64,000 nt of DNA from Adineta vaga (taxonomy: Eukaryota > Animalia > Rotifera). The stretch is taken from positions 16,616,001 through 16,680,000 of the forward strand of contig CP075492.1 in NCBI GenBank assembly GCA_021613535.1, read 5' to 3'. A program made the position numbers and the translations under genes. Position 1 is the stretch's first letter. Every line of letters starts with the position of its first letter. The notes under the pieces were generated by a model. It was not told the origin of the DNA and did not search any database. It was given only the letters and a program-made list of their open reading frames with translations. Below, one piece after another: positions 1 to 13,007 of the stretch.

Positions 1-30
1 TGTTCCTTATGCATTCAGTACGCTCAAGAA

Positions 31-60
31 AGGGTGGGTATGAATACAAGAAACCCTCAA
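31..60. repeat. Telomere-like inverted repeat, copy h1 (short, degenerate)
   Basis: AGGGTGGGTATGAATACAAGAAACCCTCAA(G): G-rich left arm and ACCCTCAA right arm, as in the other copies. Confidence 0.6.
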
Positions 61-234
61 GTTGAGTCAATAACATGAAAACATTTATATTTTTCAAGAG
101 ATAGCATGACACATTCGATATAATGTCGTCATCATTTCTTGCGTAATAACCTACCTACATGTATAAATAATCTCGCTTTTTCCTTCGTTCTTTACATCTA
201 TACATGATTTATCACACAGTAATCGGTAATTCTT

Positions 235-1242
235 ATGGACTCTTCATTAAATTTATTCAATCATTCGACAATTGTCTATCGTTCAATAGAAAAACATGAA
301 CAACAGCAAGCACTTGATATGTTGTATTCTGTTTTTGAGAGTATTTCTGGTTGTTTTCAACGAGATTTTTCATCGGAAGCTTCGCCCAATTATCAAAACG
401 GTGATGCATTGGGTGCATGGCATAATGATAAATTAGTGAGTACCGTATTTATCCGACGTTTGATATTACGATCAAATGAAGATAATTTGGAATATCTATG
501 TGGTGGAATTTGTGATGTGGCTACCATACCTGAATATCGAAGACAAGGTCTCTCTCGACGTCTATTGACAATGGCTATTGACAAGATGGAGAAAAGTAAT
601 GCATTTGATCTTTCGATGTTGGGTACAGGCATACATAATCATTACACGACTTTGGGTTGGGAACAAATGCATCAACCTCATCCGGTAATAATTGATTGGA
701 AAAATATCATTGCGATACCTACAGATGTTACATGGCATTCGGCATCCGATATTTTGTCTAAGAACTCTGAGTCTTTGTTGAAAATCCATTCTAATAAACC
801 ACGCATCTATCAGATCGATCGATCACCCATTACAATATTTCAACAGTGGGTAACATGGGAATGGCAAAATGCTGAAGCAATTATCTGCGTTGAAGAATTT
901 GAAGGAGAGCAAGGATATATCGTGATCAGTAAACCAGACAATGAAACAGATGTATGTGTACTGGAATGGCGAGCTCCGAGTCTCAATCTCGAGAAGAAAC
1001 TTTTATCTCTTGCAGCCACAGAAATTCGTCGACGTCATGGACAAACAGTACCCATTCGTTTACATACATTACCACAGTATATGACAATTGACCAATTAAC
1101 AGAATGGGCGGGTCTAGTTAAGACTGAAATAAATTCAGATATAATGTTACGGAATATTCGATTACCAGACAATATTTACAACAAGATTAAAGAGGCCTTT
1201 TCTGATGGTCGTGCTACACATTGGACTGGTGATTTTTTCTGA
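235..1242 (+). CDS. GNAT-family acetyltransferase (Eis-like), intronless
   Basis: 335-aa ORF with acetyl-CoA motif A (GGICDVATIPEYRRQGLSRRLL) and a Y..LGW motif. Confidence 0.85.
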   Translation: MDSSLNLFNHSTIVYRSIEKHEQQQALDMLYSVFESISGCFQRDFSSEASPNYQNGDALGAWHNDKLVSTVFIRRLILRSNEDNLEYLCGGICDVATIPEYRRQGLSRRLLTMAIDKMEKSNAFDLSMLGTGIHNHYTTLGWEQMHQPHPVIIDWKNIIAIPTDVTWHSASDILSKNSESLLKIHSNKPRIYQIDRSPITIFQQWVTWEWQNAEAIICVEEFEGEQGYIVISKPDNETDVCVLEWRAPSLNLEKKLLSLAATEIRRRHGQTVPIRLHTLPQYMTIDQLTEWAGLVKTEINSDIMLRNIRLPDNIYNKIKEAFSDGRATHWTGDFF

Positions 1243-1332
1243 TTGACTTTATGTACAATAGACGTTCATAAGAATTGTCATTTTGAAAATATATTAGTCG
1301 ATGACCTTTGAGAACGGATGTGACTATTAATA

Positions 1333-1393
1333 GAGGGTGAAGAAGTCAGTGTTGGTATTGCATCGATTTGAAACCCATCCACACCTTCACCCT
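1333..1393. repeat. Telomere-like inverted repeat, copy h2
   Basis: GAGGGTGAAG...CCCATCCACACCTTCACCCT; AGGGTGAAG and CTTCACCCT are exact reverse complements; lies between two genes. Confidence 0.75.
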
Positions 1394-1581
1394 AGTAAAT
1401 TTGAAGGATGGCGATATTACAAAGCATAAAATAACGATAAGAAAAAATGAGTTAGATGTCATTATCTATATGTAAATATATATATTGTGTTTGTCTATTC
1501 TTATGGTAGCACGTCACACTTTGTATATAAATGCGTTTATCAGTTTGAATTTTATTCTATTTCACAATTCTACACTGTAAT

Positions 1582-2484
1582 ATGTTGTATCAAACTATCA
1601 TTTCATTCGTATTGATTACTATTGTCTTCACCGACAACGGTCCGTTGATCAATTTGAAAAATGGTTCACATCTGAAATCATTAATCAAAGAAGAGAACAC
1701 TTTCACAAAAAGTTCGAAGATGATAAATTGTCTTAGTTCGTGCGTTTTCGAGCTTTCTTTCAACGGCTCATTTACCATACCATCAAGTTGTACAACTTAT
1801 GTACCATCCAGAAAATGTTCAATAAAACTTTCGATAGATTATATAAAACACAAAGGTTCTGCCTTCTTCGAACGCGATAATGTAATGGATGATGATTTCG
1901 ATGTTAGTATTAAAGCATTCGGTCGATTCTCTTTTAAAGAAAATCATAACGAACAAAATATAATGTGGACCTATGATTGTTCCATCAATGATAATTGTAG
2001 TGTTAATTATTTTAATAAATATATTTTACATTATATTGGATTAACTAAACAACTTCAAACTTTATATGATCAATTTTCTACATTACTTGATTATTCTGGT
2101 AGTCATTCACCAAATGTACAACAATGTTATAGTAATCCAAATACATTAGACAATTGCATGAATGGAACTTGTGTATATAATTCAGTCCGTGAACAGAATG
2201 TAACTACTCAGTATTGTAAATTCTCGCAAGATTTTACCCGAGTTCTTTATGAAATAGTTCAAACAACTCCATCCACTCGGTCAATTTCATTTTTTGATGT
2301 AGTCACATTTGAATGCAATATAGACAAATGTAATTCTCTTGAAACTGCAGCAGCAGTCAACAAAGCAATTGAAGAAAATTGGGGTGGTATTTTGGACACG
2401 AATTCTTCATCAATAAACTTAATTAGTTTGCCTTTTTATATGTTAGTGAGCATTCATTTTCTTTTAATAAACCTTTTTCTTTGA
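1582..2484 (+). CDS. Secreted Cys-rich protein, probably GPI-anchored (Ly6/uPAR-like Cys pattern)
   Basis: N-terminal signal peptide, two Cys-rich halves ending YDCSINDNC and FECNIDKCN, C-terminal NSSS followed by a hydrophobic tail. Confidence 0.7.
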   Translation: MLYQTIISFVLITIVFTDNGPLINLKNGSHLKSLIKEENTFTKSSKMINCLSSCVFELSFNGSFTIPSSCTTYVPSRKCSIKLSIDYIKHKGSAFFERDNVMDDDFDVSIKAFGRFSFKENHNEQNIMWTYDCSINDNCSVNYFNKYILHYIGLTKQLQTLYDQFSTLLDYSGSHSPNVQQCYSNPNTLDNCMNGTCVYNSVREQNVTTQYCKFSQDFTRVLYEIVQTTPSTRSISFFDVVTFECNIDKCNSLETAAAVNKAIEENWGGILDTNSSSINLISLPFYMLVSIHFLLINLFL

Positions 2485-2983
2485 ACAATATATTCGAATA
2501 TTTCAATGAAATTTTGTTATTGAAATGTATAAAAAGAAGGAGAAAGAAAACATTTGCTTTTGTTTCAAACTCGACAGTTTGTTGTCTATAATCCTGTCAA
2601 TTGACAAAATTTTCGAAGTAAAACAAAAATTTGATCGATTCTGTTTCAATATTAAAAAGAAAAAAATTCTTATTTATGTTAAGTATTTCTTTCGTTTCTC
2701 TCATGATGAAAGAACGAATGTGCAAAGAATATTTCAAATCATGATTTGATTGTCAGAAAGTAACATCTAGGTTTGTGTGAAGTAAAGAAATAAATAATTA
2801 TAGTCAGTTTTTTAAACGTATGATTTTTTTCCAACAGTTCCTTATTTTAAATAAAAAGTCATGAATATTCATAAACTCTCTTCCATGGAACATATATTCT
2901 TTGTACAGTTTGTCAATATTGGCATTAGCAATTATTTGATAGATTTTTAGTGATATTTTATTTCTAATACATTAGATATTCAA

Positions 2984-5367
2984 ATGACTGAAGTAGAACC
3001 ATCTCCATTAGTCGTAATAGTTTCTGGTGGTGGACCAGTTGGTTTAACATTTTCTTTAAATCTCGTTATGATGATGGATAAACATGTAAAAATTATTATA
3101 TATGAAGGTCGTTGGTTTGTTGATGAAAATGGTATTACACGATGGCAAGGTGAAGAACAAGGTAAAATGCGTCGAGATCAAGTTGTAACTTTACAAGATC
3201 ATGTGATAGAACAAATGCCTATTTATATACAAGAAGGTCTTTTTAAACATGTTAATGAAAGAGTTTGGCCAACATCAAGAAATATTCCCATACGAGAAGT
3301 TGAAGATCGATTATTTGACTTAATTCAACCATTTGTACAAACAGGTCAAGTAGAATTAATTACTGAATCATTACAAGAACAAACAGAACGTCTTGTACAA
3401 GGTGATTTTGATGTATTAATTGGTACTGATGGTTCAAATTCTTTTGTACGTCGTTATTGTAATATATCAATGGTTAGTGAAGGAGTAGAATATGCTTGTG
3501 GTGTAGCTTATAATATTCCCATAGAAATACCTATCTCAGAAGAACCATTACATCAAGCATTGAATTGTATATTAACTGTTGCTCAAACACGTTATTTAGT
3601 TAATTCATCATCGAGTCGTCGTGGTTATTTAAATATACGTTTAATTAAAAGTGAATATGATGAATTACGTGAACGTTTACAAGAATCTCAAGAACGAAAT
3701 CAAACATTAGATTTATTAGATGTAAATACATGTCCAAATTCATCTCTTATTTGGAATATTGTTCGTCAAGGTTTAGAATTTTTTAAAATTCATTCAAGAT
3801 ATGTTTTTCGCGTTGCACCAATTGAAATCAATGTTCGACATGCAGCAATTGTTGTTCGAGAACTTCGTTTTGAATTGAAACAAGATGTTAATATTGGAAA
3901 GAAACAATATAAAACTGTTTTAGCTTGTTTAGCTGGTGATGCAGCTTTAAATGTTCATTTCTGGCCCGGCCGTGGAATGAATAGTGGCATGAAAGCAGCT
4001 ATGGCTCTTGCACGAAATATTCTTCGTTCTTGTACATCAAAAACATTACCACAAACGATAATTGTTCGTAAACCATTACGTTTTCTTGATTTTCTTGATT
4101 ATGAAGGTTTTATGGCTCGTCTTCGTGCACGCGAACAACAAGGACGATCTTTACGTGTTCTTATTGATCCAATTGATCAAAGTGTTGTAGAATCGTACTC
4201 TTATGCAGCAATGAGTCATTGTCATGTTCGATATATGAAACGATTAATTCGAAAATTACAAGATATGCGTCAACGTCTTCAAGAAAGATCAGATTGGCCT
4301 CATCAAAATCGACCAATTACAGATGAAGAATTACAACATGCATCAAATCGAATATCACCTAATGCTATAGCTCAACTTTCACTAGCAAATCCATGGCCAA
4401 CACGAGAAATGGGTGGAATGGATGTTCTTGTTCAAGATACATATCCATTTGATCTGAAAAACTTTTTCGATGTACCACAATTGAAAAAGAAATCATTAAC
4501 TCGTATGCCAAGTGTCTTTATTCGACAACGTCCTCTTTCATTATGGATTGTTGATCAAATAGTGAATGATATAATTAAGAATTTACCAAAAGAACCATCA
4601 ACTGAATATAAAATTGTTAATACAATTGAAGAAGCAAAAGGATGGATTATAACCAATCGAGAATTACTTCGAATACCAGGTACTTCTTTTAAAGTTGTCA
4701 TTGCTTGGTCAGAGATTAATCAAATGATAGCTGTTAATTTTATACGAACAATTCGTAATGAAGAAGCACATGTTCCAATATTAATTTTTACAAATAAAAG
4801 AGATGAAATTCAACCAGCATTGGAATTTCCTAATGTTACTGCAACTGATATACATTTTGATCTTTATGAATTTATTGGAATTAATCAAGAAACACAATGG
4901 AATATGGGTTGTCGTGTTTCACATTTGGAAACGTGACTGAACCAAATATTTCATCAGTTGTGTTTCGACAATCAATGAAATCATTTGCATCACTTATCTT
5001 ATGGATTGATTCGGCTGATAATGATTCAATAGTAGTAGAACGATTAAAAACGATGTATCCACAGTTTCAAATTGAATTTACACCAACTTTAAATGAAACA
5101 AGAACATATCTCGATAAAAATAGAAAAGATATCGAACAACGTTCAAAATTTATTGTTATTTGTCGTGGTCATTATTCCGATGAATCAAAAAACGTTCTTG
5201 ATGTTATAAAACTTTTAGATGAATTTAATTTAAGTATTTCACTTGGTGTTTATACTAAAGATCGATTACGACTTTGTCAAAAAATAACAACTATTCCAAA
5301 CTATGTTCAAGTTTTTGATAAACGAGAAGAATTAATTCAATTCGTTGTTGATGAACTAAACAAATAA
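2984..5367 (+). CDS. FAD-dependent monooxygenase-like protein with C-terminal receiver-like domains; frame break near 4910-4960
   Basis: GGGPVG dinucleotide-binding motif, DG motif (GTDGSNSFVRR), GD motif (AGDAALNVHFWPGRGMNSGM). Overlapping ORF 4897-5367 (LILWIDS...) continues in another frame. Confidence 0.7.
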
Positions 5368-5683
5368 ATTTTTTTTCTATATTATTTTTCTTATGAATAA
5401 AAAGATTCATTTTCACTTTATTTATCAATCAACACATGTTGTCATAAGTTCAGGTGATGATTCAAATGCTAGAAATAATATGTTGATCACTTTGCACTTA
5501 CAAATAACTGATGAAATACTCAAAACGTATCTTAAGATATACAGAATATATTTAAAAAATGGCAATAATAAGAGAAAGAGGAAAAAACCAAGAGGAAGGT
5601 TGACGGAATTGGCTTAACAGAAAAGAACGAAAAAAGGTGGTAGTACTTGGCAAAATCCGTATTCAAAAGTATATAAAGGACAA

Positions 5684-5706
5684 ATATATATATATATATA
5701 TATATA
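5684..5706. repeat. (AT)n microsatellite
   Basis: Run of about 11 AT units read directly. Confidence 0.9.
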
Positions 5707-6062
5707 CGTGTATATCTTTCTTCGTATATGAGAAAATATACTGCTTGTTGGAAATCAGAAATAAAATTGATTCATTTTCTTAAGGTTAAATACATCACAA
5801 AAAGCAATTGCTACACACAGTGATTGTTTTTCTACGTAAGTATGTTTCTATTCTATATACTTCTATTTGTCAGACTGAATTTTTGAATCAGTAGAAATTG
5901 TAGTCGCAGCAATAGTGAGAAAGCTCTGTAACTATAGATTTGAAGTATTCTTTTAAAGATTTTTTATTAATTTTATGATCGTAATCTCAATTCTAATAAT
6001 ATGAAGTTTATCTTTTAGTATTTATAGAATAAAACCTGTTGATTATCGTGATAAAAGATTGA

Positions 6063-8771
6063 ATGCTTGTTTCATTTAGGTCCAATACTTCGTACCATTT
6101 ATCAGTAATGATTACTAACAAATATAAAACAACATCATTATCGACTCATCAGTTGCAACAAAACATAATTCAAAACTATTTGCTCATGTGGGTAGATGAC
6201 AACCTTGATGAAGAGCAGATTGATTATCAAATTGTATTTAAACAATTATATCATATTGTCAATCAGGTTATAATTTGCAGAGATCAAGAACATTGCATTA
6301 AGTGTCTTAATCAGATGAATGATGGGAAGGCTTTCGTCATCATATCAGATACTTTAAGTCATGATCTTGTGCCACGAATTCATGATATGGAAAAAGTTCA
6401 AAACATTTACATATCTTGTGGCAATAAGACAGAATATAAGCAATGAACAAAAGAATGGTCCAAAGTTGAAGACATAATTACTGGAATTAAATCTTTTTCT
6501 CAGTCGTTAAGAAAGGTCACGCGCCGACTTGATCATAATGAAATACCAATGAGCTTCATTTCAAAGCAGGCAATCTCATTAGTAACATCATCAAGACATT
6601 CAAATCTCAATCAATTAGAACCTATTTTTATGTATTCTGTTTTATTCAAGGAAATTATATTGGATATTGATGATGAAGATGAGACAAAATCTGTCAAAGA
6701 TCTATTGGCCTATTGTCATCTACACAATATTTCTGAACAACAATTAGATGAGTTTCAAAATGAATATCAGAAGCAATCACCAATTCAATTGTATACCAAA
6801 TGTATTTTTCTTTACCGCATGCTTAATCAGGCTCTGCGAATATTTGAAACAGAATCCATGATCAAAATGAGCTTTTTCATTCGCAATCTTCATCGACAAT
6901 TAGAAAAACTTCAGAAAGAACAAATGAATACCTATAACGACAAGTTTATCGTTTATCGTGGTCAAGCACTTAGTCAACAAGATTTTCAACGTTTACTTGA
7001 TATCAAAGGTGGCCTTCTTTCGTTTAACAATTTCCTATCAACGAGTAAAGAGCGAGAAATTGCTATGGCATTTGCTGAAAGTGTATTAGATGATGATACT
7101 GGAGTTATGGCTGTTATTTTTATAATAACAATTAATATTGATCAAGTATCTACTTTAACTACTCCGTTTGCCATCATTGCTGATTATAGCGATTTTCCAC
7201 AAGAGGAAGAAGTTTTGTTTTCAATGCATACAGTGTTCCGCGTTAGTAACATTGAACAGTCGGTTACTTATAATCATCTCTGGGAAGTAAAACTGACATT
7301 AACAGATGATAATGATCCACAACTAGTTGATCTTACGGAACGAATGAAAGAAGAAATCGATGGGAAAGGATGGAATCAAATGGGTAAATTAATGTTGAAA
7401 GTAGGACATTTCGATCAAGCTGAAGTACTTTACAATGAATTACTCAAGAGTGCTTCAACTAATAGCAACAAAGCAGATATATATCAGCGATTAGGAGAGA
7501 TAAAACATTGGCAAGGACAATTTCAAGAAGCTATTTCATTGTGCGAAAAATCCTTAGAAATAAATAGAAATTCTATTCAGGAAAATTATACCTGTTCGGC
7601 TGCTAACTACAATTCTATCGGTCTTACGTATTGTGCTATGGGTGATTTTTCAGAAGCACTTGGTTTTTTCGAAAAAGCACTTCATATTAGAGAAAATTAT
7701 TTGTCTTTAAATCATCCTGATTCGGCTGAATCTTGCAACAATATTGGTCTGGTATATAACAACATAGGTGATTTTTTGAAAGCACTTGAATTTTTCGAAA
7801 GGGCATGTAAAATCTGGCAAATAGCACTTCCTTCGAATCATCCTTCATTGGCTATTTCTTATAATAACATCGGTGGAGTTTATGAAGACATGGGTGATTA
7901 TTCGAAAGCACTCGAATTTTACGAAAAATCACGTACACTGTTAGAAACAGCATTGCTTTCGAATCATCCTTCATTGGCTACTTCCTACAATAACATCGGT
8001 ATAATACATAGAAACATGGTTTATTACTCTAAAGCACTCGAGTTTTACGAAAAATCTTGTAAAATATTAGAGATGACTCTTCCTGCAGATCATCTTAGGT
8101 TGGCAACTCCCTATGATAATATGGGTATTGTATATAATAACATGGGCGATTATTCGAAAGCACTTGAATTTTATGAAAAAACACTTAAAATATTACAAAA
8201 CACTCTTCCTTCCAATCATCCACATTTGGCGGCTACAATTAGTCAGTTCGGAAGAGTTCATCGCAGTTTGAAAGATTATCCGAAAGCGTTAAATTATTTT
8301 GAAAAATGTCTCGCAATAATGCAAGAGAGTTTGCCTGAAAAACATCCAAATATAGCTATTACATACAGTAATATTGGCGATGTCCATCGATTAATGGGTG
8401 ATTATGAACGAGCATTAACATTTCATCGAAGAGCATTGAATATTCAGGATAATATTACATGTAGTCTACTTGAATGTGCCGATACATACGTAAATTTAGG
8501 CGAAACATGTCATGATATGCAAGATTATAACATGGCATTAGTATATTTCAGAAAAGGTCTGTATGTCCGTGAAGAGAAATTATCAGAAGATCATGATTTG
8601 GCAATAGTTCATCATAGTTTAGCAAAACTATATTTGTCTACCGGTGAATATCAACTTGCAATGGAAAGTGTTCAACAAGCCATTACAATCGGTGAAAAGA
8701 AATTACTTTCAACACATCCAGATATTGTTGATTATCGAGAAACGTATGAAACGATTCGAAAGAAAATGTAA
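6063..8771 (+). CDS. ADP-ribosyltransferase (R-S-E class) with TPR repeats; in-frame TGA at 6444-6446
   Basis: ORFs 6063-6446 and 6549-8771 share a frame and are joined by open sequence (YKQ*TKEWSKVED...). ART motifs VYRGQ, FLSTS, EEEVLF; about 11 kinesin-light-chain-type 42-aa TPRs. Confidence 0.85.
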
Positions 8772-8974
8772 TTTTTCTTCAAAAATAAATTCAGCTATAC
8801 GAATTTAATAAAATGACTGTTCACTCGTAAACTTGAAATTGGACAATAAGTATAGCTTAGACATATCATTAACTTGATCATTTCAATTGAAAATTTCATA
8901 GAAAAAAATTATTTTTATTTATAAGTAAATTATACTAACAATTTTTTGGTACGACAAATCATGATTTAATAGAA

Positions 8975-9538
8975 TTATGTATGTATTTCAAGTTTCATAA
9001 TAAATTCACGATCCTTCCATTCACCAACAGGATAATCGTATTCACCAACTTTAATAAAACCGTAGTGCTTATAAAATTTCTGTGCTTTATAATTTTCAGA
9101 CAGTACAGATAACCATATTGGTCGATTGGGACAATGTTCTTCTAACCATAATAACATCGCATTCATTAGTTGTTGACCAAAACCATAAGTTTGTCGATCA
9201 CGTTGAACATATAAACGATTCACTGCTCCATCTTTACCTGATTGAACATCAGGATGAGGAAAATCATTTGCGTCACAATAACCAGCAATGCTATATGCAA
9301 CAAGTTCTTTGGTTTGTTCATCTTCAATTACCCAAACAGCATATTGAAGATCATTACATATTTTCTTGGCAAAATACTCCGGAGTTGTCGATAATTGATA
9401 ATAAGAATTAATATCATTCGCAGAATATGGAATTGCAAAATCTTCAACAAATGTTTCAGCAAATGTTCTTCGAGAAAGTTTAGATAATGCATCTACATCC
9501 ACTATGATGGCACGACGAAGTTTATATTGACTATTCAT
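8975..9538 (-). CDS. GNAT acetyltransferase (PaiA/spermidine acetyltransferase-like), intronless
   Basis: RLYVQRDRQTYGFGQQLM, IWLSVLSENYKAQKFYKHYGF and GEYDYPVGEWKDREFIM resemble bacterial PaiA-type GNATs. Confidence 0.85.
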   Translation of the reverse strand: MNSQYKLRRAIIVDVDALSKLSRRTFAETFVEDFAIPYSANDINSYYQLSTTPEYFAKKICNDLQYAVWVIEDEQTKELVAYSIAGYCDANDFPHPDVQSGKDGAVNRLYVQRDRQTYGFGQQLMNAMLLWLEEHCPNRPIWLSVLSENYKAQKFYKHYGFIKVGEYDYPVGEWKDREFIMKLEIHT

Positions 9539-10026
9539 CGATAAGTAACCTGAAAGTTTAAGTCATATTTCAATGCATTGGAGATAAGAAAAATATATCC
9601 GATTGAATTACTGTTCTCTTTTTTTTTCGTTCTTATCAAAATGAAATGAGAAAAAGCAATTAATTTTTATCCTATCGAATAGAGAAAATTTGATACAAAT
9701 TGAATAAAATATTTTAAAAACGATCGAATCGAACTTACAATTTTTCCAATTCATACGATCAAACATTAATTTCTCGCATAAATTTTTCTCAGAGTGAATG
9801 AGAAATCATTAAATCATAAGAATTATTCGTCATCCTTATCGACTTAATCGTAGGTTTAGAATAAAATGTGTTTGTGTTAAAGAAAAAATATTGAATAAAA
9901 AACATTTCATCTTTTTCCTATAAGAAAAATATAGTTCTTTGGATCATCATTTACAATATAATCAATATTAACAGAGATTTTTTTCTCTATGTAGCTCCGG
10001 AATACTTTCTCATTTTGAGTGCGTAC

Positions 10027-10082
10027 GGGTGGGTGTGGGTTGTGAGTGAGAATCTTCTATACTATATCCTCATCCTCACTCC
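10027..10082. repeat. Telomere-like inverted repeat, copy h3
   Basis: GGGTGGGTGTGGGTTGTGAGTGAG...TCCTCATCCTCACTCC. Confidence 0.7.
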
Positions 10083-10601
10083 AAATTTTTGGTGCTGCTC
10101 CCATAGGTCGCAAGGAAGGTTGACGGGAGATTGACATGGCTATTGGAGAAGGGGATGGAAGTAGGGGCCCTGGGTGAAATTTCATCCATTTGATTATGTG
10201 ATGGCTAAGGAAACTAAACTGTCCACGACACTTCCGTATGTACAAGGAAAAGGCGAGAGAGATGAAATACGGAAAGTGGTTGAAATTTAATCCGTTTTTG
10301 AGCAGCTCATTTGATCGATCTTTAGAGTATCCATATATTACTACGTTTTCGCCTTGGTATAGTTGTGGCACCTGGAAGTGAAAGCTATTTAAAAGTAAAA
10401 TACTTACACCCACAGAATATTCTTTGGGCTATCGTGCCTTTTCGTCGATGCACGTATATTCGTCGTATATGAAATGTTAACCTGAAGTCTAAGGGTTTCC
10501 AGATCCGGACTGAATTGGAAATAGATTTGGGCGGGAACTGTTATAAAACGTGTGAATGCGGAATGCTATGCAATATAACTTCTTCTAATTAAGATATGCA
10601 C

Positions 10602-10640
10602 GAGGGTGAGGGTCTCTTGTATTAACACCCACACCCTCAA
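10602..10640. repeat. Telomere-like inverted repeat, copy h4
   Basis: GAGGGTGAGGGT-CTCTTGTATTAAC-ACCCACACCCTCAA(GATG); 12-bp arms with one mismatch. Confidence 0.9.
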
Positions 10641-11821
10641 GATGATGTAAATGTGGATTTTGATATTGAATCAAGATGAATATTAATAGGATAAGTTGAT
10701 TTGATGAAAAGACTTTGAAAACGTTGGTTGAGATTTTAAAAGATCTGGTAGCATTGCAAATGATCGAAATATTCGAATAGATCATAGAATATTTCATCTG
10801 TAAGATCTGCAATCTTCAGCATCTTTGGAAAATGTATGTATGGAATTTAAAGAATACACACAATCTTTTTTTTATTCTGTCGACAGCAGAGCTCGTGATC
10901 GAATGAAATAGGAAGAAGAAAAAGGAAATCAAGAATCTATGCCCTGCCATATTGAGATAATAAATTTCAGATGGATCGTATGATTGCATACATTCATCAT
11001 CAATCTTAAAACGAAAAGGAAAGAAAACTTAAGATTAGTTTAGAAAAATTGTTATTTCCTTGTTTAACCGTTCATGAAAACTATGAATTGACACTGAATG
11101 CAAATTTCTAGTGTGAGTGACTAGTACTGTTTGATAATAAATGAGACTAAAAACTAGCTTCGAGCTGAAATTCGTTAGAGGAAAATGAGTATACTTAAAA
11201 GAAAATATGGTTTGAATTTGTGCATGACAACATTTCCTGTTTCTTTTTTTCTAGAGTATAACGTACTGAACAATTGTCATATAACTATCTATACCCGATA
11301 ACAGTGTGTTTGTTTGTTTTTCTTCGATATATTCTCATTTATTTGAATCTTTTTGTTTATTTTCAGTTGTTATGTAGATCTCGTTTGAAAGTAGATTATG
11401 AAGTGAAGGAACTATGTATTACAGATAAAGCAACATCGAATTTTATTTAACTACAACTTTTTCTCTTCAACTAAAAGAAGGATCATATAAAAAATAGTTT
11501 CTGTGTTTGTGACAGGGTCAAAAAAGCATTCTCCTTAAAACGACCTTAAAAATTGAAAATCGAGAGTATGGTGGAGATAGTTAGAGGGTAAATATAAATG
11601 ATCATCTAACAAGAAAATGTTGTGCTATCTATCACAACTGCTTGCAGTCATACATGTAACTCCGTTCCTCGAGCTATTAGGAGTGGCGGACCATAGAGAC
11701 GACAACAACCAACTGTAATACAAACAACACCACATTTATTTTAAAAGATTTCAATACATATAATATGATAATATAATGAGATGAGGGTTATTTATCTGTT
11801 ACTGAAATAAAAATTATTTAG

Positions 11822-12793
11822 TTAATGTTGTAGACAACGACACATATTGCGCAAAACACGTTTTAGTTCTGAACGAAAAGTTTTTGATACCAACATATGT
11901 GTATAACAACTAATACCATTCTCGATAAAATATACGAAAGATATTAATAAAACACTATATTGTTCAATCAGTTGTTGTTCTATGCTTTTTTTATTAAGAT
12001 ATGTAATTTCTTGATAGATGTAGTATATTGTAATTGGAAATTTGAACAGAATATAACTGATAAGATCCACAAGTAACATACGAATCATTTGTCGATCTCT
12101 TCTTTGAAGTATTTGTGGTCTACCAATCACACCAACATTTAGATTAGTCGTGCCTGTATGGAACGTTGCAAGACGAATTCTACGAATATTTTTCACTGTC
12201 CAACATCCAAAAGTCAACATGAGAACAGGTGGAAGCAGGCCATTGATAAAAAGTGAATAATAAGAGACAAATGTTGTATATGCACCTGGTTGATGATAGC
12301 AAATAAAATAATCAGGTCCATATTGAAGAATTTGTACATAAATTAATGCATGAACATGGAAAATTGCCCAAAACAAACATATAACAATGATAGTTGTTAT
12401 AATAAATCGACTTGTGCTAAGTTTTCTGGTTGATGCATTTGATGAAGTGATTAATGTTCGATCAATCGAGGCTAAAATGAGGCACGATGGTTCCCAACAT
12501 GCGAGAACGAACGTTATATAGTAACGAAATCGGCAGAAGCTCATGTTACTTATACTTATATTAATATTATAACCGTTTGCGAGCACTGTAAAAAGAATAG
12601 ATGCGTAGAAGTAAATAAGATTGACACTATTGAAAATGATTAAACATATTGTACATGGATTTTTTCGTAGAGTATTCTGCGTGAAGACCATTAGATTTAA
12701 TATGGCACCTATAGTACCAAGAGCTATGAGTATAGGACCACCATACTTAAATAGATTTTCTTGAAAATAGTAGAGAAATACTGATGTCGACAT
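11822..12793 (-). CDS. Class A (rhodopsin-like) GPCR, intronless
   Basis: Seven hydrophobic segments; TM3 CRFRYY...ASIDR; basic SKTFRSELK helix 8. Confidence 0.85.
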   Translation of the reverse strand: MSTSVFLYYFQENLFKYGGPILIALGTIGAILNLMVFTQNTLRKNPCTICLIIFNSVNLIYFYASILFTVLANGYNINISISNMSFCRFRYYITFVLACWEPSCLILASIDRTLITSSNASTRKLSTSRFIITTIIVICLFWAIFHVHALIYVQILQYGPDYFICYHQPGAYTTFVSYYSLFINGLLPPVLMLTFGCWTVKNIRRIRLATFHTGTTNLNVGVIGRPQILQRRDRQMIRMLLVDLISYILFKFPITIYYIYQEITYLNKKSIEQQLIEQYSVLLISFVYFIENGISCYTHMLVSKTFRSELKRVLRNMCRCLQH

Positions 12794-13007
12794 TGATGTA
12801 ATTGAGCAAAGAAATTAAAATGAATGTGAAAGAAAAAGTATTTCAGTGACAGATAATTCTGACACTACACGGATAATAAAGTTAATAATTTTTGTGAATA
12901 TTAAAATGTAGAAAATAAAAGCTCATGTATTATTTAAATATATTTAATAAACTCACTCAATAAGCGAGATTAAAGAATAATTTGTATGATTTACTCATAT
13001 TGTTATT

